Assembly: GCA_964016885.1 (NCBI GenBank) | Contig: OZ024741.1 | Span: forward strand, 312,728,001-312,792,000 | Reading direction: 5' to 3' | Source: Eledone cirrhosa | Taxonomy: Eukaryota | DNA length: 64,000 bases | Part shown: positions 12,354 through 25,400 of the stretch, piece after piece | Layout: each line of letters begins with the position of its first letter | Position numbering within the stretch: position 1 is the stretch's first letter | The notes under the pieces: model-generated | The model's input: only the letters and a program-made list of their open reading frames with translations | What the model was told of the DNA's origin: nothing | Databases searched by the model: none | Translations under genes and position numbers: made by a program

Positions 12354-15300
12354 TGTTCTTTGAGCCTCAGTCATTTATGTTATTTAACTGTAAAGTTTGT
12401 TGAAATGAATATCAGGCCGCTAACTGCAGCCTCAGATATTCAGGACGTATCGGAGGGTTCTTGCTGTTCCCAGCAAGCATGATTTTGAAGTGTTTCAAAA
12501 AGCGGGGCTGGACTAATCTTCTTTAACCATCCTTGGAAACTCTTTGAGATAGTTTCTTTATCGCCTATGACAATCGGGATGATCTTGATTCCATGGCAGT
12601 ACCAAATCCTTTTTACCTCCCACTTTAAGTGCTGGTATCGGTTAATTTTCTCCCTCTCATTTTCTCGCACTCTCGTGTCAAATGGGCAGGCTACATCTAC
12701 AATCAGGCACAATCTTTTTGCCTTGTCCAAAATCACAAGGGTTAGGCTATTGTGTTCTAATTTCTTGTCCGTCTGTATCCTAAAACCCCATAGCACCTTC
12801 ACCTGATCGGTTTCTATCACCGACTCTCGCTTATGCTCATACCACCTCTCAGAATATGGTAAATTGTTTACTTTGCATAGGTACCAGTGGATCACCCTGC
12901 CCAACACAGCATGTCTCCAGCCTTTATAGTGAGTCTGGGCTAGGTGTTTACACTCGGATACAATGTGAGCCACAGTCTCCTTTCTCTCTCCACAGATCCT
13001 ACACAGTGAGCTACCTCCTCCTTGTCAATATGGTTTTTCACCCACTTCGTTCTGAGGGCTTGCTCTTGCGCAGCCATAAGCATTCCTTCTGTAGCTTTTT
13101 TAAGGACTCCTTTTTTTAACCAGTTCCCTGTCTGTAGATCTCTAAATTCATTTTACTTAAATAAGGTACTATGAAGGGATTTCTAAGGAAGGTTGCTCTT
13201 CCTCCTTGGACATCCGTGGTATATTGTCCTCTCCTTCAGTACAATTCTGAATATTGGCTTCCTACTGTCAGTCACGTATTTGTACAGGTTGTTTTTCTCC
13301 ATCTGAACACAGTCCTCTATGCTGATGAGACCTCTTCCACCTTCAGATCTCTTTAAGTAGAGTCTATCGACATCATTCCTCTTGTGGAACATGTTGTAGA
13401 TAGTCAATAGCTTCATAGTTTTCCTATCCATTTTATTTTGTTCAGCAACATTCCATTTCAGAATTCCCGCACTGTACCTACTAATAGACACGACTCGGGA
13501 TTTCACTGTACTTATGACATTCCTACTATTTATGTGATTTTAATACGCTCCTTACTCTCCTAATGTACTCAGATCTTATCAATTCCTTCATTTTTTTTAT
13601 CCTGATGTCATCTGCCTCCAGAATACCTAAATATGTGAATCCTTCTTCAGTGTCAATTTCCTTTATCATCTCTCCTGTTGGTACCTGGATTCCGTTGCTT
13701 CTGCTCAATTTACCCCCTCTTTATCACTAGGAATCCACACTTATTAATACCAAATTGCATACATATATCATTGCTGAAAATACGGACAGTGTCAACAAGT
13801 ACATCCAACGCCTTCTCACTCTTACCAAAGAGTTTAAGATCGTCCATGAAGAGGAGGTGGTTGATGGTAAGCCCTCCTTTTCCCAACTTTTATCCTGCTC
13901 TCACTTTCGCAATATAACGCTCATGGTTATCAGGGCAAGGACAAACAGCAGATGAGACAAACTATCTCCCTCGAATATACCTCTCTTGATCTTCACGCCT
14001 CCCAAGGATTCTCTAGGCATTTGGTTATCCAAGAATGAGGAACCATGTCGAATGCTTTTTTGTAATCTATCCATCCCATGGAATGACCAGTGTGCCACCT
14101 CTTGCAATTCCTCATTACCATCTTATCAATAAGTAACTGGTCTTTTGTACCACGGGACTTCTTTCGGCATCCTTTCTGTTCGTCCTGTGACAAGTTGTTT
14201 ATTTGGAGGTGATGATAGATTTCCTGAGAAACAATGCTTGTTAACAGTTTCCATATTTCGGATATGTGATAGGTCTATATTTGGTAACATCATTACCCTT
14301 CGGTCTTTCATTACCAGAACTGTGGAACCTTTTGTCAACCACTCTGGTACTTCACCCGACATCAAGCAGTCATTGAACATGGTTGTCAGTTTCGGATGGA
14401 GGGATGTTATATTGTTTATCCAATACCCCTGCACTCCATCTGGGCCTGGTATTTTCCAGTTGGTTAGTCTTTTGGCCTGCCCTTTAAGATTTTCAACTGT
14501 GATACTCAAATCAGGTTGTTGGTGTGCTTGTTCACTAATCTCCTTTTGAACTGTCTCAATCCGCATTGACTGACTATTATGTTCAACATCCTGCTCCCAT
14601 ATTCCTCTCCAGAATGTCTTAGTTTGTTCCGTCTCAGGGATAATGTCGTTGACTCTCTCTTTCCCTTCAAGCTTTCCAAACAAGATCTTCATGCGGTTCT
14701 GTTTATACTGACTGACTCTGTTTTAATACCGCCTAATCTTTGCACTTTTTGCTACAATGCGTTGCTTCAGTTCCTCTATGATATTTAGCTTTTTCCACCT
14801 AGTTTTGCATTTTATTTCCAATCTATCTTTAGTGTCTATGTTTTGTAATGTCCCATTCAGTTAGAACTCAAGCTTTCCAATATCTTTTCTCATTTCCTTG
14901 ATTTGACCATTCAGTCGTTTCTTCCACCAAGGTTCTTATATTTCTTGTTGTTGTTTCCTCTCGTTTTTATGCCAAGTAATTTCCTCACCGAATTTGCTGT
15001 TGCATTGAGGATATTGTTGCATTGGTGAAGGTTCCTCGCCTCAAGGTATGGGATGACATTGTTTACCTTAGCTTTTGTTTCTGTTAAGTTTTTCTTGTCT
15101 ACAAATCTTAGGTTCATAGGTTTTCCACTATCATTGTTCATTTCATCTACCATTAAGTTCAGGATATCAACCAAATCTGGTCCTAGCCCGTCAGCATTCA
15201 TCTCCTCAATGGCCATATCTTTGTTCCAGATGTTATTTATTTCAGCATTCAGATCATTGTCTGCTTCGGGTGGTTCCTCCGTTCTCTCAACCTCTTCACC

Positions 15301-15898
15301 TTCATTTCCCACTGGCTCGTTTGCCTGACATACTCCACTCTCCATTTCCAACCTAATCTCTCTGCTCAGTTCCTCCAGTTCCAACTCGCTTATCCATCCA
15401 TTAGTTCTTATTACCCGAGCCTGCCGGGCCAATTTTTGTTCATCTAATTTAAATAGACCAATCTCGTTCCAGATGTTATGCATCTCTTTCCTATAGCCTT
15501 TTTCTATGGAGTTACTTATCAGGTAACATTCCATGACAGTTCTATTCAATTCTTTCGTCCAGTTGGTTCTTGCCCCTTTCCTTCATCTTCTTCCTCCTCC
15601 AACACCAGCAGTATTTGGATGACAGCCAGGTCCCTGTTGCTGGGCCAGGGAGCACTTGCTCGGTGAGAGTATTTCACATGACGTTCCAGTCTCCTTTTCA
15701 CCGTTATTCGAACTGGTTAGGTTCGACATTTAAACACACATATCGAGGATTGGTGAATGTATGGTTACATAACCACCGGTGATTGTAGCGTGGCACCATC
15801 ACGCTGTAGACGAACATAAATAAATAAACAAATAAATAAATAAAAACATGAAAAAAATAAACATAAATTTCATTGTAATGTGTGAATGTCTGACTTAG

Positions 15899-15900
<2 letters not shown>
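12354..15900 (-). mobile_element. Dong-A, apparently full-length but degenerate
   Basis: Myb-like RTNWTKELNRTVMECY at the N terminus, RT, CCHC and RLE fragments, 3' UTR to gaggctcaaagaac(AAT)n. Bounded by TTA tracts at both ends. Confidence 0.9.

Positions 15901-15957
<57 letters not shown>
15900..15957. repeat. (TTA)n microsatellite
   Basis: Directly visible. Confidence 0.95.
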
Positions 15958-15958
<1 letters not shown>

Positions 15959-16143
15959 AGCTGCATTTATCTTGCTTTATGTTCATACGAGTTATCACCA
16001 AGTCACAACCAGTGACCTCAAGAGACAACAAGGTCCGCCATGTTCAAGAAAGAACATACATACTCACACATGCATCTTTAGGTGTTTAGACTTGTGATGT
16101 ACATATATTGACAGAATCTTCCTTAGTATATCGGCAGTTCCCA

Positions 16144-16145
<2 letters not shown>
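15958..16145 (-). mobile_element. Dong-B short 3' fragment, unit 1
   Basis: Last codons (MGTADILRKILSI) plus 3' UTR, between TTA tracts. Confidence 0.9.
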
Positions 16146-16178
<33 letters not shown>

Positions 16179-16180
<2 letters not shown>

Positions 16181-16364
16181 GCTGCATTTATCTTGGTTTA
16201 TGTTCATACGAGTTATCACCAAGTCACAATCAGTGACCTCAACAGACAACAAGGTCCGAAATGTTCAAGGAAGAACATACATACTCACACATGCATCTTT
16301 AGGTGTTTAGACTTGTGATGTACATATATTGACAGAATCTTCCTTAGTATATCGGCAGTTCCCA

Positions 16365-16365
<1 letters not shown>
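16179..16365 (-). mobile_element. Dong-B short 3' fragment, unit 2
   Basis: Same 5' truncation point as unit 1. Confidence 0.9.
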
Positions 16366-16397
<32 letters not shown>

Positions 16398-16398
<1 letters not shown>

Positions 16399-19300
16399 GC
16401 TGCATTTATCTTGCTTTATGTTCATACGAGTTATCACCAAGTCACAATCAGTGACCTCAACAGACAACAAGGTCCGAAATGTTCAAGGAAGAACATACAT
16501 ACTCACACATGCATCTGTAGGTGTTTAGACTTGTGGTGTACTTATATTGACAGAATCTTCCTTAATATATGGGCAGTCCCCATTAGTACTATCTTTTGTA
16601 TTTCTCCTATACGCGGGTTTCCTGGGATTTGCGATAAGTAATCATTAGACCCCTTAGGTATCATTCCTAGGGCGCCTACAGCCACTGGTATTGTTTTAGT
16701 TCTCAATTTCCACATTTTTCAAATTTCTATCTCCAGGTCCTTATACTTTCTCAATTTTTCAAATGTTTTTATAGATACATTCTTGTCTGTTGGAACGGAC
16801 ATATTAATTAGCAGCATACCCACTTTTTAAAGTCCTTCAGTATTATATCAGGTTTATTTGCATCTATTTTCGGTCTGTTTGGATACTGAAGTTCCACAAG
16901 ATTGAGATGTGATCTTTTTCAAGTATGGGAGGTGGTTGATGCTCCCACCAATTCTTTTGATGGGGCAGGTCAAAATGCTTACACATTATCCAATGTATGT
17001 ATTGTGCAGCTCTGTCATGCCTGTTTAGGTATTCGGTTGGAGCTATAGGACTGCACATTGAAATTATATGATCAATGGTCTCTGGTTGTTTTTTACATAC
17101 TCGGCATAATGGGCTGCATCCATTTTTTATTATGTTGGCTTGGTAATTTTTTGATGGCAGACACTGATCTTGTGCTGATATAATCAGTCCTTCAGTCTCC
17201 GATTTCAGTCCAGAGGATGCCAACCACTGATGGGTTAAAGGTTTGTCAACATCAGGATTGTTAGCTCGTATTGGGTATTTTCCATACAGAGGCTTTTCTT
17301 GCCATCTCTTAGCCAGTTTCTGTAGCAGTTCTTTCTTTGCAGTTACTTTTACCTGCTTTGCTTTTTCTGTGTTTTCCATTTCAGCAGTAAATGGGACTTC
17401 TGAAATTTGTAGTCCATTACTGTATCTTTGTGCATCTTTTGTAATGGAGTATGATCTTTTGATGCTTTCGTGTTTCAAAACGAGTTTGATCATCCAATCA
17501 TGGGATTCCCTTAGATATGTAAATAATCCAATTGTTGCAGTTTTCAACGCAACGTCTAACTGGATTAACCCAAGTCCTCCTTCTTTCCTAGGGAGATATA
17601 TTCAATCTGTAACTGCCTTAGGGTGAGGCATTCTGTGCATGGTTAAGAATTTTTTAATTTTTGTATCGAGCCTACGGATCTCTGTGCTTGACGAGTTGAT
17701 GACATTGTAATTTAGGTTACTACTGGTATGGCAATCGTGTTTATGGCATCGATCCTATTCCTTGCATTCAATTCCGTTCTTAAGATTGCTCTCACTCTGC
17801 GGTAACATTCCTTTCTTATCCTTTCCCTCATTGTCGAGTGCTTGATTCCGTCTCCTTCACAAACACCTAGATATTTATAAGTTTCCTCTTGATCAAGTTC
17901 TCTTATCACATTCCCCCGATCAAGATTAATGTCTGAACTTTTCAGCAGCTTTCCTCTGGTGAACGTTGCTTTGGTGGATTTATCTAGTCCAAACTCCATT
18001 TTAATGTTATCACTGAACTGCTCCACAGTGGATAATAGCCCTTGCAATTGTTCATCATTTCTTGCAAATAGTTTCAGGTCATCCATGTAGAACAAGTGAT
18101 TAATGGTTTTGTCATAGACTTTATATCCATGTTTTGTTTCATTGAGCATTTTACTTAATGGTATAAGTGCGATGCAGAATAAAAGCGGTGATAAAGAGTC
18201 ACCCTGAAAAATTCCACAATTAATATTAACTTCTCCAGCTTCCAGTGATTTTGTTTCACTATTCAAAAGGAATGTCGTTTTCCATGTCTTCATACTGAAT
18301 GACAAAAACTTCCTGACAACGGGAGATATTTTGAAAATCTCTAAACATTTCTCAATCCAACTGTGTGGCAACCTATCGAATGCTTTTTTATAATCTATCC
18401 AAGCAATCGATAGATTTTTGTGTCTATTATGACGATATTCCAGTATCATTTTGTTAACCAAAAGCTGATCCTTACAGCCATATGAGCCTCGTTTACACCC
18501 TTTCTGCTCAATGGGAAATAGGTCATTTGTTATCAGGTGGTCATATGTATATTCAGTTAGGACTGATGTTAACATTTTATACATTGGGCTCAAGCTAGTT
18601 ATCGGTCTGTAATTTTGGGGATTGTTTGTCTCATCATTCTTCGGAAGCAAGAATGTAATGCCGTTAGCTATCCATGATGGTATCTTTTCTGGCTCCTTAA
18701 CTGTTTTACTGTAAAGTTGGGCTAACAGCTCATGAGACTATGTGAAGGCATTTATTAAAAAAAAATGTATTTTGTCTTTTCCTGGGGATTTCCCTTTGCT
18801 GGTTTTTCTAAGAGTCAAACGCAACTGTTCAACTGTTATATTTTCACATATGTGTTCCTCAAGGTAAGCTGTATCTTTCATTTGTCTGTCTATCCATGGG
18901 GCATGTATATTATGAACTTTTTCTTCGGCCCAGATCTTTTCCCAGAATTCTTGCACTTCCTCCTGGGGTAGTATTGATTTAGAAGTTATTGTTGACTTAC
19001 CAATTTTTCTGTAGAAGTTTCTTTGGTTGTTTTTGAACATATTATTGTCCTTATAGAGTCTAGATCGTTTTTCAAAGCGCCTTATACGAGCAGCGTTGGC
19101 CGACACTTTTTGCTTGACTATTTCTATCAGCATGTCTATGGCACTTGTTGATTTTATACTGTACTTTCTTTTCAATTTTCTAAGTTTAGTTTGTTTAACA
19201 TCTTCACCTACTTTATAGTTTGTTAACATTTCTATGTCAGATCGGAGAAGGTTTATTTGGCGATTGATGTTCTCTTGCCAAGTAAATTTCTTGTGGAAAT

Positions 19301-19440
19301 GCCTTTGTTTTTTCATCTTCACTCCACATAAGTGGGTGGTGACTTTAACCGATGCATAATAGAGATGATTTAAATCAGTAATGTTTAGTTTGTTTATGAT
19401 GATAATGTTTTTGATAATTATGTTAGTCTTGTGTATTATC
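16398..19440 (-). mobile_element. Dong-B, 5'-truncated
   Basis: 312-aa RT ORF (17712-18650, YMDD), CRVC...HIISMC zinc knuckle, frameshifted RLE. Confidence 0.92.
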
Positions 19441-19487
19441 TTATTATTGTGTATTATCGTATTATCTTATTATTATTATTATTATTA

Positions 19488-21531
19488 CAGTTGCATTTAT
19501 CTTGCTTTATGTTCATACGAGTTATCACCAAGTCACAACCAGTGACCTCAAGAGACAACAAGGTCCGCCATGTTCAAGACAGAACATACATACTCACACA
19601 TGCATCTTTAGTGTTTAGACATGTGATGTACTTATATTGACAGAATCTTGCTTAGTATATGGGCAGTTCCCATTAGTACTATCTTTTGTATTTTTCCTAT
19701 ACGCGGGTTTCCTGGGATTTGCAATAAGTAATCATTAGACCCCTTAGGTATCATTCCCAGAGCGTCCACAACCACTGGTATTGTTTTAGTTCTCAATTTC
19801 CACATTTTTCCAATTTCTATCTCCAGGTCCTTATACTTGCTCAATTTTTCAAATGTTTTTATAGATACATTCTTGTCTATTGGAACGGACATATTAATTA
19901 GCAGCATACCCACTTTTTAAAGTCCTTCAGTATTATATCAGGTCTATTTGCATCTATTTTCGGTCTGTTTGGATGCTAAAGTTCCACAAGATTGAGATGT
20001 GATCTTTTTCAAGTATGGGAGGTGGTTGATGCTCCCACCAATTCTTTTGATGGGGCAGGTCAAAATGCTTACACATTATCCAATGTATGTATTGTGCAGC
20101 TCTGTCATGCCTGTTTAGGTATTCGGTTGGAGCTATAGGACTGCACATTGAAATTATATGGTCAATGGTCTCTGGTTGTTTTTTACATACTCGGCATAAT
20201 GGGCTGCATCCATTTTTTATTATGTTGGGTTGGTAATTTTTTGATGGCAGACACTGATCTTGTGCTGATATAATCAGTCCTTCAGTCTCCGATTTCAGTC
20301 CAGAGGATGCCAACCACTGATGGGTTAAAGGTTTGTCAACATCAGGATTGTTAGCTCGTATTGGGTATGTTCCATACAGAGGCTTTTCTTGCCATTTCTT
20401 AGCCAGTTTCTGTAGCAGTTCTTTCTTTGCAGTTACTTTTACCTGCTTTGCTTTTTCTGTTTTTTCCATTTCAGCAGTAAATGGGACTTCTGAAATTTGT
20501 AGTCCATTACTGTATCTTTGTGCATCTTTTGTAATGGAGTATGATCTTTTGATGCTTTCGTGTTTCAAAACGAGTTTGATCATCCAATCATGGGATTCCC
20601 TTAGAAATGTAAATAATCCAATTGTTGCAGTTTTTAACGCAATGTCTAACTGGATTAACCCAAGTCCTCCTTCTTTCCTAGGGAGATATATTCTATCTGT
20701 ATCTGCCTTAGGGTGAGGCATTCTGTGCATGGTTAAGAATTTTCTAATTTTTGTATCGAGCCTACGGATCTCTGTGCTTGACGAGTTGATGACATTGTAA
20801 CTGTAGGTTACTACTGGTATGGCAATCGTGTTTATGGCATCGATCCTATTCCTTGCATTCAATTCCGTTCTTAAGATTGCTCTGACTCTGCGGTAACATT
20901 CCTTCCTTATCCTTTCCCTCATTGTCGACTGCTTGATTCCGTCTCCTTCACAAACACCTAGATATTTGTAAGTTTTTCTTGATCAAGTTCTCTTATCACG
21001 TTCCCCCGATCAAGATTAATGTCTGAACTCTTCAGCAGCTTTCCTCTGGTGAACGTTGCTTTGGCGCATTTATCTAGTCCAAACTCCATTTTAATGTCAT
21101 CACTGAACTGCTTCACAGTGGATAATAGCCCTTGCAATTGTTCATCATTATTTGCAAATAGTTTCAGGTCATCCATGTAGAACAAGTGATTAATGGTTTT
21201 GTCATAGACTTTATATCCATGTTTTGTTTCATTGAGCATTTTACTTAATGGTATAAACGAGATGCAGAATAAAAGTGTTGATAAAGAGTCACCTTGAAAA
21301 ATTCAACAATTAATATTAACTTCTCCGGCTTCCAGTGATTTTGTTTCAGTATTCAAAAGGAGTGTCGTTTTCCATTTCTTCATACTGAATGACAAAAACC
21401 TCCTGACAACGGGGATATTTTGAAAATCTCTAAACATTTTTCAATCCAACTGTGTGGCAAACTATCGAATGCTTTTTTATAATCTATCCAAGCAATTGAT
21501 AGATGTTTGTGTCTGTTATGACAATCTTCCA

Positions 21532-21532
<1 letters not shown>
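19488..21532 (-). mobile_element. Dong-B, 5'-truncated
   Basis: Near-identical to 16398-18440. ORFs 19954-20922 and 20958-21239. Confidence 0.92.
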
Positions 21533-21571
<39 letters not shown>

Positions 21572-21577
21572 GTTGTT

Positions 21578-22378
21578 GTTCTTTGAGTCTCAGTCATTGA
21601 TGTTAGTTAACTGGAAAGTTTGTTGAAATGAATATCAAGCCACTACCTGCAGCCTCAGATATTCAGGACGTATCGGCGGGTTCTTGCTGTTCCCAGCAAG
21701 CATGCCTTTTGAAGCGTTCCAAAAAGCGTGAAGGAGCCAATTTTCTTTAACCATCCCTGGAAACATTTTGAGATAGTACCTAGTGTGCCTATGAAAATCG
21801 GGACCACTTTGACTTCATGGCAGTTCCAAATCCTTTTTATCTCCCACTTTAATTCCTGCTATCGGTTAATTTTCCCCCTCTCCTTCTCTTGCACTCTCGT
21901 GTCGAATGGGCAGGCCACATCCACAATCAGGCTTGATCTTTTTTCTTTGTCCAAAACCACCAGGTCAGGTCTATAGTGTTCTAGTTTCTTGTCCGTCTGT
22001 ATCCTTAAATCGCACAGCACCTTCACCTGATCGTTTTCTATCACCTACTCTGGCTTATGCTCATACCACTTCTCAGAATGTGGTAAATTGTTTACTTTGC
22101 ATAGGTGCCAGTGGATCACCCTGCCCATCACATCATGTATCCAGCCCTTATAGTGAGTTTGGGCTAGGTGTTTACACTCAGATACAATGTGAGCCACAGT
22201 CTCCTCTCTCTCTCTCCACAGATCCTGCACAGTAGGCTAGCCTCCTCCTTGTAAATATGGTGTTTCAACAACTTCGTTTTGAGGGCCTGCTCTTGCTCAG
22301 CCATTAACATTCCTTCCTTAGCCTTTTTAAGGTCTCCTCTTTTCAACCAGTTCCATGTCTGTGGATCTCTGAATTCAT

Positions 22379-22380
<2 letters not shown>
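21578..22380 (-). mobile_element. Dong-A, 5'-truncated (~0.8 kb)
   Basis: CCHC/RLE region plus 3' UTR. TTA tracts on both sides. Confidence 0.9.
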
Positions 22381-22417
<37 letters not shown>

Positions 22418-25400
22418 GGCGACCTACGTAGTAAATCGTATCATCGTGAGCTCCGCAAATGTTTGTTATTTTCAGTTGTGTAAAATTGCCTTTCATGGAA
22501 AACTTTTATCATTAACTGTATATAAGTGCACATGCATTGTTATCTGAAAAGGACACCCAAAAAGATTGATGTATTGAGCCCAAAATTTAAACTTTTATAA
22601 TTATTAAACAAAAAATGTTCTTTAAAAAACCATGGCTGACTCAGAATCACTCCTTTCTCACAAACTAACACCTCACACCGACACCACCATTGTAAATATT
22701 ACTACGTTTGCCAACACTAAAAATATAAGCAGTAGCAATATTTTTAATTTGTTTCAGGCAGACATTCATTTCCCGCCATTACCAATGACTGCAGGTGTTA
22801 AAGCCGCCACCACCACCACCACCACCGCGACATGTGTGGGCAAAGAAAACACACACCAGACGTGGGCAGAAGTATGGAACCGTGGACGTGTTCTTTGAAA
22901 CACCACAGGAGGCTAGAGAACACTCCATGGCCCCATTAAGAAGTGACGACTTCACACACGTCCCAAGCTATTGTGGCCAGAGACTTGTAAAGATCAGGGC
23001 CACCCACGTTCCACCGGGCATCGAAATTCCCTGGCTAATAGCTGACATCCTCGCCGGCATCGAAGCCAACACCAAGATAATCGAAATAGCGAAAGAAAAG
23101 CAGGAGAACTGGTCCGGATCTGGAATCGATCTCCTGATCCTAGCGGACCAAAAAAGCATTGAGGAGATCCCAGAAGTAATAGACCTCACTGACGGCAGCC
23201 ACCTCACCATAATTGTCGAGGGCAGAAGGCTTAGGTGTGTCGTTTGTGGTGAAGGAACCTACCTAAGTGCTTTCTTCCCTCAGGCTAAAAGTTTAAGGCC
23301 ACCTCTCCTACCCACCCCAGTGACTCAACCATCAACACCACCAGCAGCAGAGATGGCAGCAACAACTGTAGCAGCAACAACAGAAGCAACTGTAACAGCA
23401 ACAACCCCAGCAACAGTAACAAAACCAACACCACCACCACCCAACGCGCCAGAACTAGCACCAGCGTCTACACCATCCACCAAGCAACAACCAAAACTAA
23501 CGCCTGTGGAGGATTTTCCACTCCCCGTCCTATCACAACTGGAGACGGATTGTGACTACGAGGAGTGGGAAACGGTATCAGGAAAAAAGAAAAAAAGAAA
23601 GGATTCTCTTCCTTCCCCTTCCAAAAACAAAATAAAGAAGGAAACAAATAAACTATCAAACAAAAAAGTTAGGACAGACATGCCACCATCCACACCAGCA
23701 TCACCAACCCCATCACCCCAAACACCAACACCATCACCTTCATTAACCCCAACACCACCATCACCTACACCACAAAAGTCACCAAAATGCGAAACAGAAA
23801 CAAACACACAACAAACGCAAACAAAACAAAACAACTAAAACGATACTCACTACACAGCATTAAATTTGAACAACAACCAATTATTACACTACATCCAACA
23901 CAACACCAGCATCACAGAAAAGACTACACAACAACCCAAAAGTTCACACCACCTCCACACATACAAATCACTCGCATCACACAGAAATCGTACATGACAC
24001 TAAAACAAAACTTCCCCAAAGATATCGGAGACTTCCGACAAGCACTCTCCAGGAGGATTTATAAGGACAACCTTCCTGAGGAGGCCACAAGCAGTTAAAA
24101 GGATGGAGAAACCGTCCTTCCTCTACGAGAAGTACGGTAAGTGGTCATTTCCATCTTTTCCACTCCATTTCAACATGACCACACTCAGAATAGGCAGCAT
24201 AAATGCGCGTGGCTTGGGGTCGTCATGGAAGCAGGGCCACCTGCCCAACGACCTCAGGTCACTAAACATAGATGTAGTGGCCATCAGCGAGACCAGAATC
24301 TCCGAAGCACGGGCCTTCACACCGATCTTCGGCGGCTACGATGTGTACGCAACTCCCAGTCGTCTGGGATCGGGGGGTAGAGTTGCTGTGCTTTTTCGAA
24401 GAGGTTTGGATCTTGCCATACGGGCCATCTTCCTGAAGCCAGAAAGTAAGTTGGTGGTGCTGGACGTGACCAGTGGAGACGGGCAAGCTTTCAGGTGAGT
24501 GGCCGACTATGCCCCGACAGGAGCAGGGCGACCTGATTTCTTCCGGCGTCTGGAGACCTTTCTTGCAACGTCTCGCTCTTTAGTGTTAGTGGGCGAATGG
24601 AACGGGATCTTAGATGCACGCTGGGACTGTGTGGGATTAGAGGATAGGGGAGGAGGTTGCAAGAATCTCACCAACCTGCTCAGACGTTTTGAACTGTCTG
24701 ACAGGTACCGACTGGATTTCCCGAATGTGCCAATGTGGACTTGGATAAATCCCATAGGGTCATCCAGATCATATCTAGATAGAGTATTTTGTAGGGAAAT
24801 AGATAGGTCTATCATAGGCTGTCCACAATTCAAGATAGTCAGTTACACGGACCACAAATTCGTGATCTGTGTGCTTGACTTAGATAGGCTTCATAGACGA
24901 GGGCCCGGCTACTGGAAGCTAAACGCGTCCTTACCAGCGCGCAAGTCCTACAGAGACCGGATTAGCGAACTAGTTAAGCGGGCGATGACGGGGGCCATCG
25001 TCAACAACAAGTGGTGGTTTGCTCTGAAAAGAGCAATTAGAATAGAGTCCATTAGGTTTAGTAAGGCTTTAGCAATAGAGAAAAATAGAGCAGAGGGAGA
25101 ATTAGTTAGAAAATTAACCGATGCGCTTAGCAATGGCATCGCGACCGACGTACTTGCGGCGAAATTGGCCCTTGACCAATTCTTCAATGCAAAGCACGAA
25201 GGCTGCCTTATCAGAGCTAGGGTGCGTGCTCTCGGACACGAGGGACGAAAGCCGTTCAATGGGCCCGAGTGGCGGAGGCGCGTCGTGGCAACATAGCCAC
25301 GATCCGGTCTTTGGCGGACCAGGACGGGCGCATGCTACTCGATCCCGGGACTTGTGTGAAGCTTTTCAGCGACACTTCGCACAGCTGTCCGGGGGCGGCG

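Noticed and set aside
15900-16420. CRISPR-like repeat/spacer periodicity
   Set aside because: The units are ~190-bp retrotransposon 3' ends separated by microsatellite. Eukaryotic context and no cas genes.
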